The notes beneath the pieces are model-generated. The model saw only the letters and a list, made by a program, of their open reading frames with translations. It did not search any database and was not told where the DNA came from. Shown here piece by piece: positions 33,709 to 42,802 of a stretch of 52,817 bases of DNA (its first letter is position 1; each line of letters begins with the position of its first letter). The DNA is taken from assembly GCA_964474635.1 (NCBI GenBank), contig CAYYTT010000005.1, positions 1 to 52,817 of the forward strand, given 5' to 3'. The position numbers and the translations under genes are program-made. Origin of the DNA: an uncultured Alphaproteobacteria bacterium (GTDB lineage Bacteria > Pseudomonadota > Alphaproteobacteria > JAJFIK01).

Positions 33709-35967
33709 ATGGATAGTTCCGTTCCGACTGCGATGTATGGCATTCCGGCCTATGGACCCCCGGGGTACACCGTCGAGGCATCCAACAACGCCAACGCCGG
33801 CGCCCTGAATGTGGGCGCGGTCCTGCGCGTGGCACGGCGCCGGATGTTTTTCATCGTCTTCGTGACCATCTTGGGAACGGCCATCGCGGCGGCCCTGGCC
33901 CTGGCCATGAAGCACCAGTACCGCACCAGCGCGCAGGTTCTGATCGCCAAGACCGAAACGGAGATCCTCCAGGTCGAGGGCGACAACAGCGATTTTCTTT
34001 TAACGGACAAAAATTTCATCGACACCCAGGTGAAGGTCATCCAGTCAGATTCGATCCTGCGCGCGGTCATGACTGACCTCGACCTGGTCAACAATCCGGA
34101 ATTCAACGACGCCTTGCGCGAAGAGACGGTCCAGGATTTTCTGCAGCCGGCCTATTGGCTTGCCTTCGTGCGAAAGGCCATGCGCGGTTCGGGGGGCGAG
34201 GGCGCGGGCGGCGGCGACGTGGCCGAACGCAAGACCCTCGAGATGCTGCGCGAACGTGTGGACGTCAATCGCGTCGATCTCACCTACATCATCGACGTGG
34301 CGGCGGAATCGGAAGATCCGGCTCTGGCGCGACGGATCGCCAACGCCATTGCGGCCCAATATCTGACCAGCCAGCTCAACACCAAAGTGGAGGCAACGGA
34401 CCGCGCCAACGACGTGCTGTTGGAACGGCTCGCGGACCTGCGGACCGAGCTTTTGAATAAGGAGCGGGCGGCTGAACGCTTCCGGGCGGAAAACAATCTG
34501 GGCGAAGGGCAGGGCTCCACCACGCTGAAGGAGCAATTGCTCGGTGACCTGAACCAGCAGCTTGCCCTGGTGCGCGCCGATATCGCCGAGAAGGAAGCGC
34601 GGCTGCGCCTCGTTCAGAACCTGATCCGCTCGCGGGCCAACGCGGAGTCCATTGGCGAAGTGCTGGACTCCCGCGTAATCATTGCCCTGCGCAATCAGCA
34701 GGCGGACGTGATCCGTCGGCGCGCGGAACTCTCCACCCGCTACAAGCCCTCCCATCCCGACATGATCCAGGTGACCCGGGAACTGGAGGATCTGGAAAGC
34801 CAGATCCGACGGGAGGTCCAGTTGATCGTGACGAGCCTTTCAAACGAGCTTGAAGTGGCCCGCGAGCGCGAACGCTCCTTGAACCGCTCCATTGAGGGTT
34901 ACGGCGAGGAGGTGGCGGACGAGGCCGCGGCGATTTCCCAGCTGCGCGACCTGGAGCGGGACGCGGACGCCACACGCTCGATCTACCAAACCTTCCTCAA
35001 CCGGTCGCGGCAGGTCTCCGAGCTGAAGGAATCCGACCAAGTGGATGCCCGTATCCTTGCCGAGGCGGACCTGCCCTTGCGCCCGTTCAAGCCGAACCGC
35101 ACCGTGATCGTCGGGGCGGGTGCCGTGCTGGCCGCCATGCTTGCCTTTATCGGCGCGCTTGGTCTTGAGGCCCTGGCGCCGGGCATTCGCACGCCGGAAG
35201 ACATGGAGCGCATGTTGGGCCTGACCCATCTGGCATCCGTGCCGCAGATCGGCGGGTCCCAGTCGCAACGCCCCTATCGGTATATGCTGCAAAATCCGCT
35301 CTCCGGGTTTGCCGAAGTGTTCCGGACCATGCTGGCGACGGTGACCCTGTCGGATCGGGAAAAATCCCGCCATGTGGTGTTGTTCACGTCCGCTCTGCCG
35401 GCGGAGGGCAAGACCACCAACGCCATGTGTTTCGCCCTGGCCTCGGCAAAATCGGGAAAGCGGACCATCCTGATCGAGGCGGATCTGCGCATGCCCAAGG
35501 TCGGCTGGCAGCTTGACCTGCCTTTTGAACATTCGCTTACGGAAGTTTTGAACGGCGATGTGTCGCTGGGCGCCGCCATGATCCGTGAGCCCGAGACGGG
35601 TCTCGCCGTGCTCGCCATGCGCCGGGCCGCCCCTGATCCGGGCAGCCTGCTCGGCAGCAATGCCTTTCAGGAGTTGTTCTCGACCCTGAAGGAGCATTTC
35701 GACGTCATCGTGCTCGACACGGCGCCGATCCTGCCCGTGGGCGACACGCTGCAACTTGCGCCCTTGGCCGATCACGTGGTTTTCGTGGTGCGGGCACGCA
35801 AGACCGCGCGCGGTGATGTTGCCATGGCCCTTAAGGAACTCAACGCCGTGCGCTCGAAAATCCTCGGGGGCGTCATCACGTTCGCGGACACCTCAAATCG
35901 CCGGGCCTATGGCTATGGCAATTATGGCCAGGTGGGCGGCTCCGGCGGTTGGGGAAACCGCGGCTGA
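33709..35967 (+). CDS. Polysaccharide co-polymerase / tyrosine autokinase (Wzc/ExoP/GumC-like)
   Basis: An N-terminal TM plus Wzz-like region, a long coiled coil, and a second TM. The C-terminal P-loop kinase has FTSALPAEGKTTNAMCFALASAKSGKRTILIEADLRMPKV and DVIVLDTAPILPVGD. The start could be a few codons downstream. Confidence 0.85.
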   Translation: MDSSVPTAMYGIPAYGPPGYTVEASNNANAGALNVGAVLRVARRRMFFIVFVTILGTAIAAALALAMKHQYRTSAQVLIAKTETEILQVEGDNSDFLLTDKNFIDTQVKVIQSDSILRAVMTDLDLVNNPEFNDALREETVQDFLQPAYWLAFVRKAMRGSGGEGAGGGDVAERKTLEMLRERVDVNRVDLTYIIDVAAESEDPALARRIANAIAAQYLTSQLNTKVEATDRANDVLLERLADLRTELLNKERAAERFRAENNLGEGQGSTTLKEQLLGDLNQQLALVRADIAEKEARLRLVQNLIRSRANAESIGEVLDSRVIIALRNQQADVIRRRAELSTRYKPSHPDMIQVTRELEDLESQIRREVQLIVTSLSNELEVARERERSLNRSIEGYGEEVADEAAAISQLRDLERDADATRSIYQTFLNRSRQVSELKESDQVDARILAEADLPLRPFKPNRTVIVGAGAVLAAMLAFIGALGLEALAPGIRTPEDMERMLGLTHLASVPQIGGSQSQRPYRYMLQNPLSGFAEVFRTMLATVTLSDREKSRHVVLFTSALPAEGKTTNAMCFALASAKSGKRTILIEADLRMPKVGWQLDLPFEHSLTEVLNGDVSLGAAMIREPETGLAVLAMRRAAPDPGSLLGSNAFQELFSTLKEHFDVIVLDTAPILPVGDTLQLAPLADHVVFVVRARKTARGDVAMALKELNAVRSKILGGVITFADTSNRRAYGYGNYGQVGGSGGWGNRG

Positions 35968-36083
35968 TCCACCATGCGCGATGACCCGCCCTGGGCAAGG
36001 CCCCATGCGGGTCCTGTAAAACGAGCCAGGACGCACATTGCCCGCGTCCCACGCGGCTGACCCGGAGCACGGAGGCCACCACC

Positions 36084-37526
36084 ATGCAAGGGCACCACGC
36101 TGCAGCGACACCGGGACAGCCGGCCCAGCCCGTGAAGCTGGTGCCGCCCCATCTTGCCCATGGGTCCCATGGACATCGGCTCGCCGAGTTCACCTTGTTC
36201 CTGATGATGATCTATCTGTTCCAATTCTTCACGCCGGAGATCGAACAGATTGATCTTGAAGCGGCCGAATTTGCCGTTGAGGCGGCGCAGTCCAATACCT
36301 TCAACCAGATTTTCTGGCTGGCCATGTCGGGTCTGCTCAGTCTGCTGATTTTGCGCCAGCCCAGCCGCTTTTTTCAAATGATCCTCGGCTATTTGCCGCT
36401 GCTTGTTCTGCTTGCCCATGTGATCGCGAGTTCAAGCTGGGCGGTCGCGCCGGGGATCAGTTTTCGCCGGGCCGCCCTGGCCCTGATCATCGTCTACAGT
36501 TTCGTCGTCGTTGCGATCTATGTGCGCAGTCCGCGCCGGATTTTCTTCATTGTCTATGCCGCGTTCTGGGTCCTGCTCGCACAGTCCATCGTGGCCGCGG
36601 CCTTGCCGTCGTCCTACACGGATCTCAACGAGTTTCGCGGCTTTCAGAACCACAAGAACACCATGGGTGCCTTGTGCGGCTACGCCATCATCACCGGGAT
36701 TTTCATTCACCGGCACCTGCCCAGCAGCCTCCTTCAGGTGCTCAATGTGGGCTTCGTGGCGGCATTCGGAGCCCTGTTGTTCCTGGCCCAGTCCAAAACC
36801 GCGCAGCAGGAAGTCATCCTCGTTCCGGTCCTGGCGCTGATCGCCTACACCCTGTCGCGGTTCTTGAAGGTCTCCGTGGGCACGGTCCTCCTCGCCATCG
36901 TCGTCGGGATCGTGTTCGTGTTCTGGATCACGGTCACCGGCTTTGGCATTGACCAGGACGATGTGCTCGCCCTCGTCACGGCGGACGTGACCTTCACCCA
37001 GCGGACGATTATTTGGGAATATGTGTGGGACAAAGCCAGCGAGCGCTGGCTTCTGGGCTATGGCCACCAGTCCTTCTGGGCCATTGGCCTCATGTCCGTG
37101 AACCTCACCGCGCCTGTGGAATTTGTTCGGGGACTGAACCAAGCCCACAACGGCTTTCTGGATGTGTGGCTCATGCTTGGGTTGGTGGGCATCATTTTGT
37201 TCGTGCCGATCTTTGGCAGTTTCGATCGCGCTCTGCGGATCGCGCGGGACAGCCATCCCCAGACCCACAACATCGCGTGGGGCCTGATGATCTACGCGCT
37301 CATCCATAATCTCACCGAAAGCACGATTTTGCAGGGCCAGAACGTGCCTTGGGCGATCATGGTGTTGGTGTTCGTGGCCGCCGCGCGGGCCCGGCGCGAT
37401 CATGATCGGGTCGAGGAGGCCATGCGCTTTGCGGTGCCACTGCCCATGGCCGGCCCGGCCCCGGGCGGGGCATCGCCGCCTGACAGCGAGCCGCGCGGGC
37501 CCGCGCCCTCGGTTGCCAGGGCATGA
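36084..37526 (+). CDS. O-antigen ligase / Wzy-type polymerase-like integral membrane protein
   Basis: There are about 10 hydrophobic segments. The Wzy_C-like loop is ...WLLGYGHQSFW......AHNGFLDVWLMLGLVGIILF. A GGAGG RBS lies ~9 nt upstream of ATG 36084. Confidence 0.7.
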   Translation: MQGHHAAATPGQPAQPVKLVPPHLAHGSHGHRLAEFTLFLMMIYLFQFFTPEIEQIDLEAAEFAVEAAQSNTFNQIFWLAMSGLLSLLILRQPSRFFQMILGYLPLLVLLAHVIASSSWAVAPGISFRRAALALIIVYSFVVVAIYVRSPRRIFFIVYAAFWVLLAQSIVAAALPSSYTDLNEFRGFQNHKNTMGALCGYAIITGIFIHRHLPSSLLQVLNVGFVAAFGALLFLAQSKTAQQEVILVPVLALIAYTLSRFLKVSVGTVLLAIVVGIVFVFWITVTGFGIDQDDVLALVTADVTFTQRTIIWEYVWDKASERWLLGYGHQSFWAIGLMSVNLTAPVEFVRGLNQAHNGFLDVWLMLGLVGIILFVPIFGSFDRALRIARDSHPQTHNIAWGLMIYALIHNLTESTILQGQNVPWAIMVLVFVAAARARRDHDRVEEAMRFAVPLPMAGPAPGGASPPDSEPRGPAPSVARA

Positions 37527-37793
37527 CGACACGCCCCTTGCGGCAGGCGAAACGAGGGTCTCACGGCACCCCAACCACTTGCCCCCTTGGAGGATAAGGA
37601 CCAGCGCGCTACACACAGGACGCGAGGGCGTGGCATGAAGGTGCGCGCAAGGGCGGACGTGTCCCGAATCACGGGCAAGAATGCTGGGCCTGACACAGAC
37701 ATCATCGGCGAGCCGATCCCAGGCGTTGCGCCGGCCAACGGTTCGCGCAGTCGGGCCTGGCCCCCGAATTCCAAGGCGAAGGCGAAGAGACCT

Positions 37794-38387
37794 ATGACAG
37801 CGGCGTTTTCACGGAAAATTTTCGGCCTGTGCTGTGTCGCGTTTATCGCGGCCTTCGTTCAGACCGCCTGTAGCAAGCAACAGTCCGTCATCCCGGAATC
37901 CCAGATCCCGGCCTCGATCCCCTCGACCGGCGAAGCCTACCGGCTTGGCCCCCGGGATAAGCTGCGTGTTGTGGTCTTCGGGGAAGGCGACTTGTCCGGG
38001 TCCTACGAAGTCGATGCGACGGGCAGCATTGCCCTGCCGCTCGTCGGCGCGGTGCCCGTCGCGATGCTCACGGTGCGTGAGGCCGAAGCCCGCGTGCGTG
38101 ACGCCGTGAACGAATTCCTGGTGCAGCCGCGCGTGAGTATCGAAATCGAGGAAAACCGGCCGTTCTACATCTACGGCGAGGTCCAGCGCGGCGGTGAGTT
38201 CCCCTTCGTTGCGAATATGCACGCCCTGAATGCCATCAGCATGGCTGGCGGCTTCACCCCGCGCGCCAACAAGGACGTGATCTTCCTCACACGCGCGGGC
38301 GCGGATGATGAAGTCGCCGTTCCGGCAACGTCCCAGACCAAAATCCTGCCCGGTGACATCCTCCGGATTGGTGAGCGGCGCTTCTAG
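37794..38387 (+). CDS. Polysaccharide export outer-membrane lipoprotein (Wza-like; Poly_export plus SLBB)
   Basis: The start was chosen at ATG 37794 (MTAAFSRKIFGLCCVAFIAAFVQTACS, which has a lipobox). YRLGPRDKLRVVVFGE.DLSG.YEVDATGSIALPLVG.V....LTVREAE... and the C-terminal ...ILPGDILRIGERRF are typical. Confidence 0.8.
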   Translation: MTAAFSRKIFGLCCVAFIAAFVQTACSKQQSVIPESQIPASIPSTGEAYRLGPRDKLRVVVFGEGDLSGSYEVDATGSIALPLVGAVPVAMLTVREAEARVRDAVNEFLVQPRVSIEIEENRPFYIYGEVQRGGEFPFVANMHALNAISMAGGFTPRANKDVIFLTRAGADDEVAVPATSQTKILPGDILRIGERRF

Positions 38388-38440
38388 AACCGTTTCCCGT
38401 TCAAACGGACCCGGCTCTTTTTCTGTTTCGCTCGCGCGCC
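38384..38440 (+). repeat. Dispersed terminator-like element, copy B, starting within the Wza-like gene's stop codon
   Basis: CTAGAACCGTTTCCCGTTCAAACGGACCCGGCTCTTTTTCTGTTTCGCTCGCGCGCC. A T-rich tract follows the hairpin. A second hairpin GGGCCGT-ggtc-ACGGCCC lies at 38490-38507. Confidence 0.75.
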
Positions 38441-38848
38441 CCCAAATCGGCCCTTTTGGGGCGCTCCGCGAGGGTGGCGCAGGGGCGCCGGGCCGTGGTC
38501 ACGGCCCCTTGTTCGTGACCCAACGTGATCGAAAAGTGCTTCAAGCGCGGGAACGATCAATCAGCACACTGCTCAAGGCCGTGACATGACCTTGCGCGAC
38601 ACGGAATGAAGTGTCGCTATTCAAGCTTCGACGTGATCCACACTCTGTGCCCGTCGGCATGGATCGGCTCAACGCAGGTGGGCGTTCGTTTGATCCCACG
38701 CCGGTATGACGGGGCATGTTGGGCCCGGGCGCGCCTGGCAAAGTGGGCGGCGGGTGCCGGACTTTGAGCATCTCCCGGCGCGTCCGCTTACCGGTATGGC
38801 GATCACGTCTGCCCGCGGATGGTGCGGGCAGATTTCACCGCGCCGTTG

Positions 38849-41044
38849 TCACGGGCACCCGCAATTGAACGACTCGATGTAATTATCATCTCCGCACAGA
38901 CGTTTCACGCGGTCTTCGCGAGAGGCGCAGCAACTGGCAATGCTGCTGTTGCATGTCACCAGAATGCTGTCGCTGCGCGCGCCAAAGGCGGGACGTTCAC
39001 CGCAGGCATATGTGTAGACGATTTTTTCGCAACGATCCCGGGGCGGACGGGTTGCTGCTGTGGGGATGGAGGGGCGTGCGGGCTCGCGCAGACTGGGGGC
39101 CTGGGACACGCTGGGCCTGGGCGCGGCGCCGGCACGCGGCGGAATGCTGGCACCCGGCGCGATACTGGCCGGCGCGCGGTCCATGGTCTGCGCACGGCGC
39201 GGCTGGGGCGGCGGCACTTGCTGCGGCGTCGAAGCGCCCCGGTCACTGCCTTCCGACAACAATCGCTCGATCGTTGCGGCGGCTTCGTCCGGTCCGGCGA
39301 GGCGGCCGCTCCCGGCCGGGGGAACGGCGACTTCGGCCGGCCGGCGCGACGGCGGCGGAGTGGTCGCCGGCACGAAGGGGGACCGGCTAACGGCGCCCGG
39401 ATCGCGCGTGGTGCCGCGGACCGGTGCAGCACGATAGGCGGCATAGGGCTGAACCGGTTCCGCGCGGCCCGGCGCCGGCAGGGGGCGCGGCACCGATCCG
39501 TAAGAAAATGCGCCTGCTTCCGGAATGGGTGCCGAAAGAGGGGAACGGCTGGCGGACCGCAGCGGATCGCTTGGCGCGGCATAGCGGGGCGCCGGCGCGC
39601 TGGGCTGACGGTAGGAGGGTTCCGGTTCGTAAGTCGGCGGCGAGGGGGCCCGCGCGGTCGGCGGGGCCGCGGCCGCGCTGCGTGACATCGCAGGTCCGGA
39701 AGAGGGAGCGGGCTGCGGCCGGGGCTCGCGCCGTTGCTGGGGATCAAGGGACAAGGGTGCACCGGAGGACGGAGCGCCCGCGGGGGCCGGGTCGTCCGGT
39801 GTCCAACTTGACCAGCGATCATCGTCTTGGCGCGCGGGCAGGGTTGGCCGCACGGGATCTGGGGCACCGCGCGTCACCGGCGCCGGTTCCATTCTTGACG
39901 GGCTGGAAGGGGCCGGCTGCGCGGAGGCGTATCGGCCTGTCCGGTCCGGTGCCGCCAGGGGACGGGGCGGCGAGGCGGCATCATCCTCAAAACTTGGGGG
40001 CGGCGGTGCCGTCGGGGCCGGCGCGGGCCGCTGGGCGGGGGCCGACTGTTCCGCAAGCGCGCGTTTGGCGGGCGGCGGATTGATGGGGACGGTGCTGCGG
40101 TCCGACGGGCTCTCTCCACCCGGCCGTGCAGGCGCCAAGGATCGGGGAACCCCTGATTGGCGAGCAGTGGACTCGGCGGTCGCGCTTGGCTGGCGCCCAC
40201 GGGCAGGGCCCGTGCGATCCGGCGGCGCGATGCGCATGGTGACGCTTGGCGCATCGCCCATCGTTGCCTCGCCCGCCGGTGTGATGGACCGCGGCGCGTC
40301 CGTTGGCGCATCGACGCCTGGCTGGCGCGCCCCGGGGGGTTCAAACCGGGCGGTCACCGTATCGTCCTCGGGCGCGGGACCCGGCTCGATGGGCTGCGGC
40401 GTGCGCACCCCGGAGCGTGCTGGGGCGCCCGGCCCGGCGTCCGCCATGTCCGTCTCCGGCGCGGTGCTTGCGCTTTGGGCCGCCGGCGCGGCCGGCTCCA
40501 CCGTCCAGCTCAACCGCTGCACATCGCCGAAAAGGCGCAAGTCCACATGGATTTGGATGGTTTTATTGCTCGGCACGGACTCGCGGCCCAAGGGCTGCTC
40601 CGAGCCCGGAAAGGGCTGCTCGAGGAGGACCGCGCCGGCCTCGTCCGTGACGGTGACCTTGATGGGGCCGCCCGGATCGAAGGCGGATAACCCGACCCGC
40701 GGCACGGCGCGCAGGGCAGGATACACCCGTCCCTCGGGCGTGGTCACAGTGGCGAAAAACAGCAAGGATCGGGCATCGAGTTTGGGCGTGACCGTCCAGA
40801 CCCATGGCGCCAGACCCGGGCGCGCGGCGCCCGGCATGGCATTGAGCGTGCGCGGCGGCAAAATGCCGTCGCTGGCCATCCCCTGCCGTGCAGCGGTGAC
40901 CGTGAGACCGGCAACCAGGAGCGCAAGGCCCATGGCGAAAAAACCGGCCAGACCCGCGCGCGGGCCCGCACGCCCATATGCGTTTTTGTGCGCCGCCGTC
41001 CCCCGACGCCCGAAAACTCCACCCCTGACCATTCCGATCTCCAA
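38849..41044 (-). CDS. Membrane-anchored protein: N-terminal TM, ~135-aa folded domain, ~470-aa Pro/Ala/Ser-rich low-complexity region, Cys-rich C-terminal module
   Basis: The TM is GLAGFFAMGLALLVAGLTVTAA. A beta-rich segment follows (...WVWTVTPKLDARSLLFFATVTTPEGRVYPAL...IKVTVTDEAGAVLLEQ...IQIHVDLRLFGDVQRLSWTV). The last 62 aa contain 8 Cys (RDRCEKIVYTYACGE...VTCNSSIASCCAS...RLCGDDNYIESFNCGCP). The overlapping plus-strand ORFs share the third-codon phase, so strand choice rests on protein plausibility only. Confidence 0.5.
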   Translation of the reverse strand: MEIGMVRGGVFGRRGTAAHKNAYGRAGPRAGLAGFFAMGLALLVAGLTVTAARQGMASDGILPPRTLNAMPGAARPGLAPWVWTVTPKLDARSLLFFATVTTPEGRVYPALRAVPRVGLSAFDPGGPIKVTVTDEAGAVLLEQPFPGSEQPLGRESVPSNKTIQIHVDLRLFGDVQRLSWTVEPAAPAAQSASTAPETDMADAGPGAPARSGVRTPQPIEPGPAPEDDTVTARFEPPGARQPGVDAPTDAPRSITPAGEATMGDAPSVTMRIAPPDRTGPARGRQPSATAESTARQSGVPRSLAPARPGGESPSDRSTVPINPPPAKRALAEQSAPAQRPAPAPTAPPPPSFEDDAASPPRPLAAPDRTGRYASAQPAPSSPSRMEPAPVTRGAPDPVRPTLPARQDDDRWSSWTPDDPAPAGAPSSGAPLSLDPQQRREPRPQPAPSSGPAMSRSAAAAPPTARAPSPPTYEPEPSYRQPSAPAPRYAAPSDPLRSASRSPLSAPIPEAGAFSYGSVPRPLPAPGRAEPVQPYAAYRAAPVRGTTRDPGAVSRSPFVPATTPPPSRRPAEVAVPPAGSGRLAGPDEAAATIERLLSEGSDRGASTPQQVPPPQPRRAQTMDRAPASIAPGASIPPRAGAAPRPSVSQAPSLREPARPSIPTAATRPPRDRCEKIVYTYACGERPAFGARSDSILVTCNSSIASCCASREDRVKRLCGDDNYIESFNCGCP

Positions 41045-41220
41045 AGCTGCGCCAGGGGTAATCCTGGCGCGCGCGACCCTCCACCTACAATGCCCTTCAA
41101 GGCTCTACGGTGATTTTAGCCTGAAATTAAGTCGAGGGGACTTAAACGTCACATTCGGGCGGTGCGCCGGAGGGCCCTGCGGGGGTGCAGGGCGGGCGGT
41201 GCGGGATCTGGCGAGGGCCC

Positions 41221-42069
41221 ATGGGGTTGGCAATCCGACGGGTGAGCCGCGTTCTCCTTGGCGCGGTGTTGGCAACATTTGCGTGGTTTTGTCCCGGTCA
41301 GGGCCTGTGCCTGGACGTGGATGTGGCCGGCGCGAGGGCGCTGGGTTCGCCCAGCTTGTCGGAGACGCCGGATCGGCGCTTTTCGGTGACCAAGACCATC
41401 CGCTTTGACACCGAGCACATCTTCAGGGGCATTCAGACCGCCGAAATCAGCCTCCAACCAGAGGTTCTCATGTCCTATGGGAATTTCTATGCCGGTTTTC
41501 GCGGCAACATGCCAATGATCGTGGACGAAACCCGCTATGACCGGCAGATCGAGGCCTTTGCGGGCGTTCTCGCTTCGGTCAGCCATTGGCTGACTGCCGA
41601 TATTGGTGTGCGCAAGATCACGGTCCCCATCGCCGCGCCCCGTCCCGGGGCGACACCGGCGATTCGAACGACACCGGCCGCCTTGCGCGAGTCCGGCTTG
41701 GCCATGGAACCTTTTGTGCGCCTGATCCGCTTTGGGACAGTCCAACCCAGTGTGGCGATCTTTCGCAATATTGACGAAAACGTGACCACCGTCGAAGGGG
41801 AGCTGTCCCACAGCCGCTCATTGAGGGGGCATCTCCAGGCCGCCTTGAGCGGCCGGGCAGGCCAGGTGGTGGGTGAGCCGACGGTTGGCTCTTACGCCTA
41901 TTACAGTCTCGGCCTCGACCTGGCGCACAAAATCATGGACCGGGCCGTTTTGGTGGCGGGAACCCGGTGGTCCGGCGCCTCCAGCGATTTCCTGTTTGCC
42001 GATGCCGAGCGTGGCCGGTTCAAGAACACATCCGTCCGCTGGAGCGTGGCTCTTAGAACGCGCTTTTAA
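41221..42069 (+). CDS. Outer-membrane beta-barrel protein, TorF/Gcw_chp-like
   Basis: A signal-like N-terminus (MGLAIRRVSRVLLGAVLATFAWF), then ...TKTIRFDTEHIFRGIQTAEISLQPEV..SYGNFYAGFRGN resembles the TorF-family opening (..SDY.FRG.SQT...PA.Q......G.Y.G.W.SN). Alternating hydrophobic strands follow, and the protein ends in F (..ALRTRF). Confidence 0.5.
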   Translation: MGLAIRRVSRVLLGAVLATFAWFCPGQGLCLDVDVAGARALGSPSLSETPDRRFSVTKTIRFDTEHIFRGIQTAEISLQPEVLMSYGNFYAGFRGNMPMIVDETRYDRQIEAFAGVLASVSHWLTADIGVRKITVPIAAPRPGATPAIRTTPAALRESGLAMEPFVRLIRFGTVQPSVAIFRNIDENVTTVEGELSHSRSLRGHLQAALSGRAGQVVGEPTVGSYAYYSLGLDLAHKIMDRAVLVAGTRWSGASSDFLFADAERGRFKNTSVRWSVALRTRF

Positions 42070-42116
42070 GGGGCGAACGCGCTTTTGGAGCGGCGGGCGA
42101 TTAATCGGCACCGCGC

Positions 42117-42671
42117 TCAAGGCCGCGACGGCGACCGCGGCCCGGCGCCGCTGCGCCGCGCACGGCGTTTTTCGGCACGTTTCAGGTGGGGCAGGGCGAA
42201 GAGATAAAGCCCCGTCGCCCACATGACGAACAGCACAACGCCGGTCGGCAGGAACACGTAAAGCTTGGTCCAGTCGGCGAAGAACGAGCCGTCATGGATC
42301 GCTTCGATGATGTCGGAGCGTCGGTAGGCGACCTGAAGCACTTCGGCTGTGTGCGTATCCACCTGCACTTCCCAATTGCTGGCCGAGACGAATTTCACCA
42401 TGCCCTTGCCGGGTTTTACGTCGACCCGGGAAAGGTCCGCCCAGGTGGTGATGCCGGCCTGCTCCACGGATCGCGAGGCCGCAAACAGGTCCTCAAAGCT
42501 CGCCAAGGGGACCGCCTGGCGCTCTATCCCGGCGGCGCTTGGCGGCTGGATCCAGGCGATATCTTTTTTCAGCATCAGGAGAATGCCCGCGCCGATCATG
42601 ACAACGAGCGGGACCGCCAGCACAAGAGACGCCCAGTGATGGATCTGGCGCAGCAGCACGCGCAGTTTCAT
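42117..42671 (-). CDS. PepSY-associated TM helix domain protein
   Basis: MKLRVLLRQIHHWASLVLAVPLVVMIGAGILLMLKK..., a central PepSY-like segment, and a C-terminal TM LPTGVVLFVMWATGLYLF. Confidence 0.7.
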   Translation of the reverse strand: MKLRVLLRQIHHWASLVLAVPLVVMIGAGILLMLKKDIAWIQPPSAAGIERQAVPLASFEDLFAASRSVEQAGITTWADLSRVDVKPGKGMVKFVSASNWEVQVDTHTAEVLQVAYRRSDIIEAIHDGSFFADWTKLYVFLPTGVVLFVMWATGLYLFALPHLKRAEKRRARRSGAGPRSPSRP

Positions 42672-42802
42672 GGTCGCTGTCACCTCGTCTTGGGTGCGTG
42701 GATGCCAACTTCAGGCGGTTCCACGAAGAAGCCGGACCCCGCCAAGGGCCCGGCTCCACACGGATCGAAAGATCCGCCGTTGTGACGTTAAACGGTCCGT
42801 TT

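Noticed and set aside
38819-41408. Plus-strand ORFs 38819-39685 and 40065-41408 as alternatives to the minus-strand proline-rich gene.
   Set aside because: They share third-codon phase with the minus-strand frame, so GC3 cannot discriminate. However, they encode Arg/Gly-rich strings, and one runs out of frame into the start of the neighbouring porin gene. The minus-strand product has a TM anchor, a plausible folded domain and an ordered Cys pattern. Residual uncertainty is kept in the confidence value.
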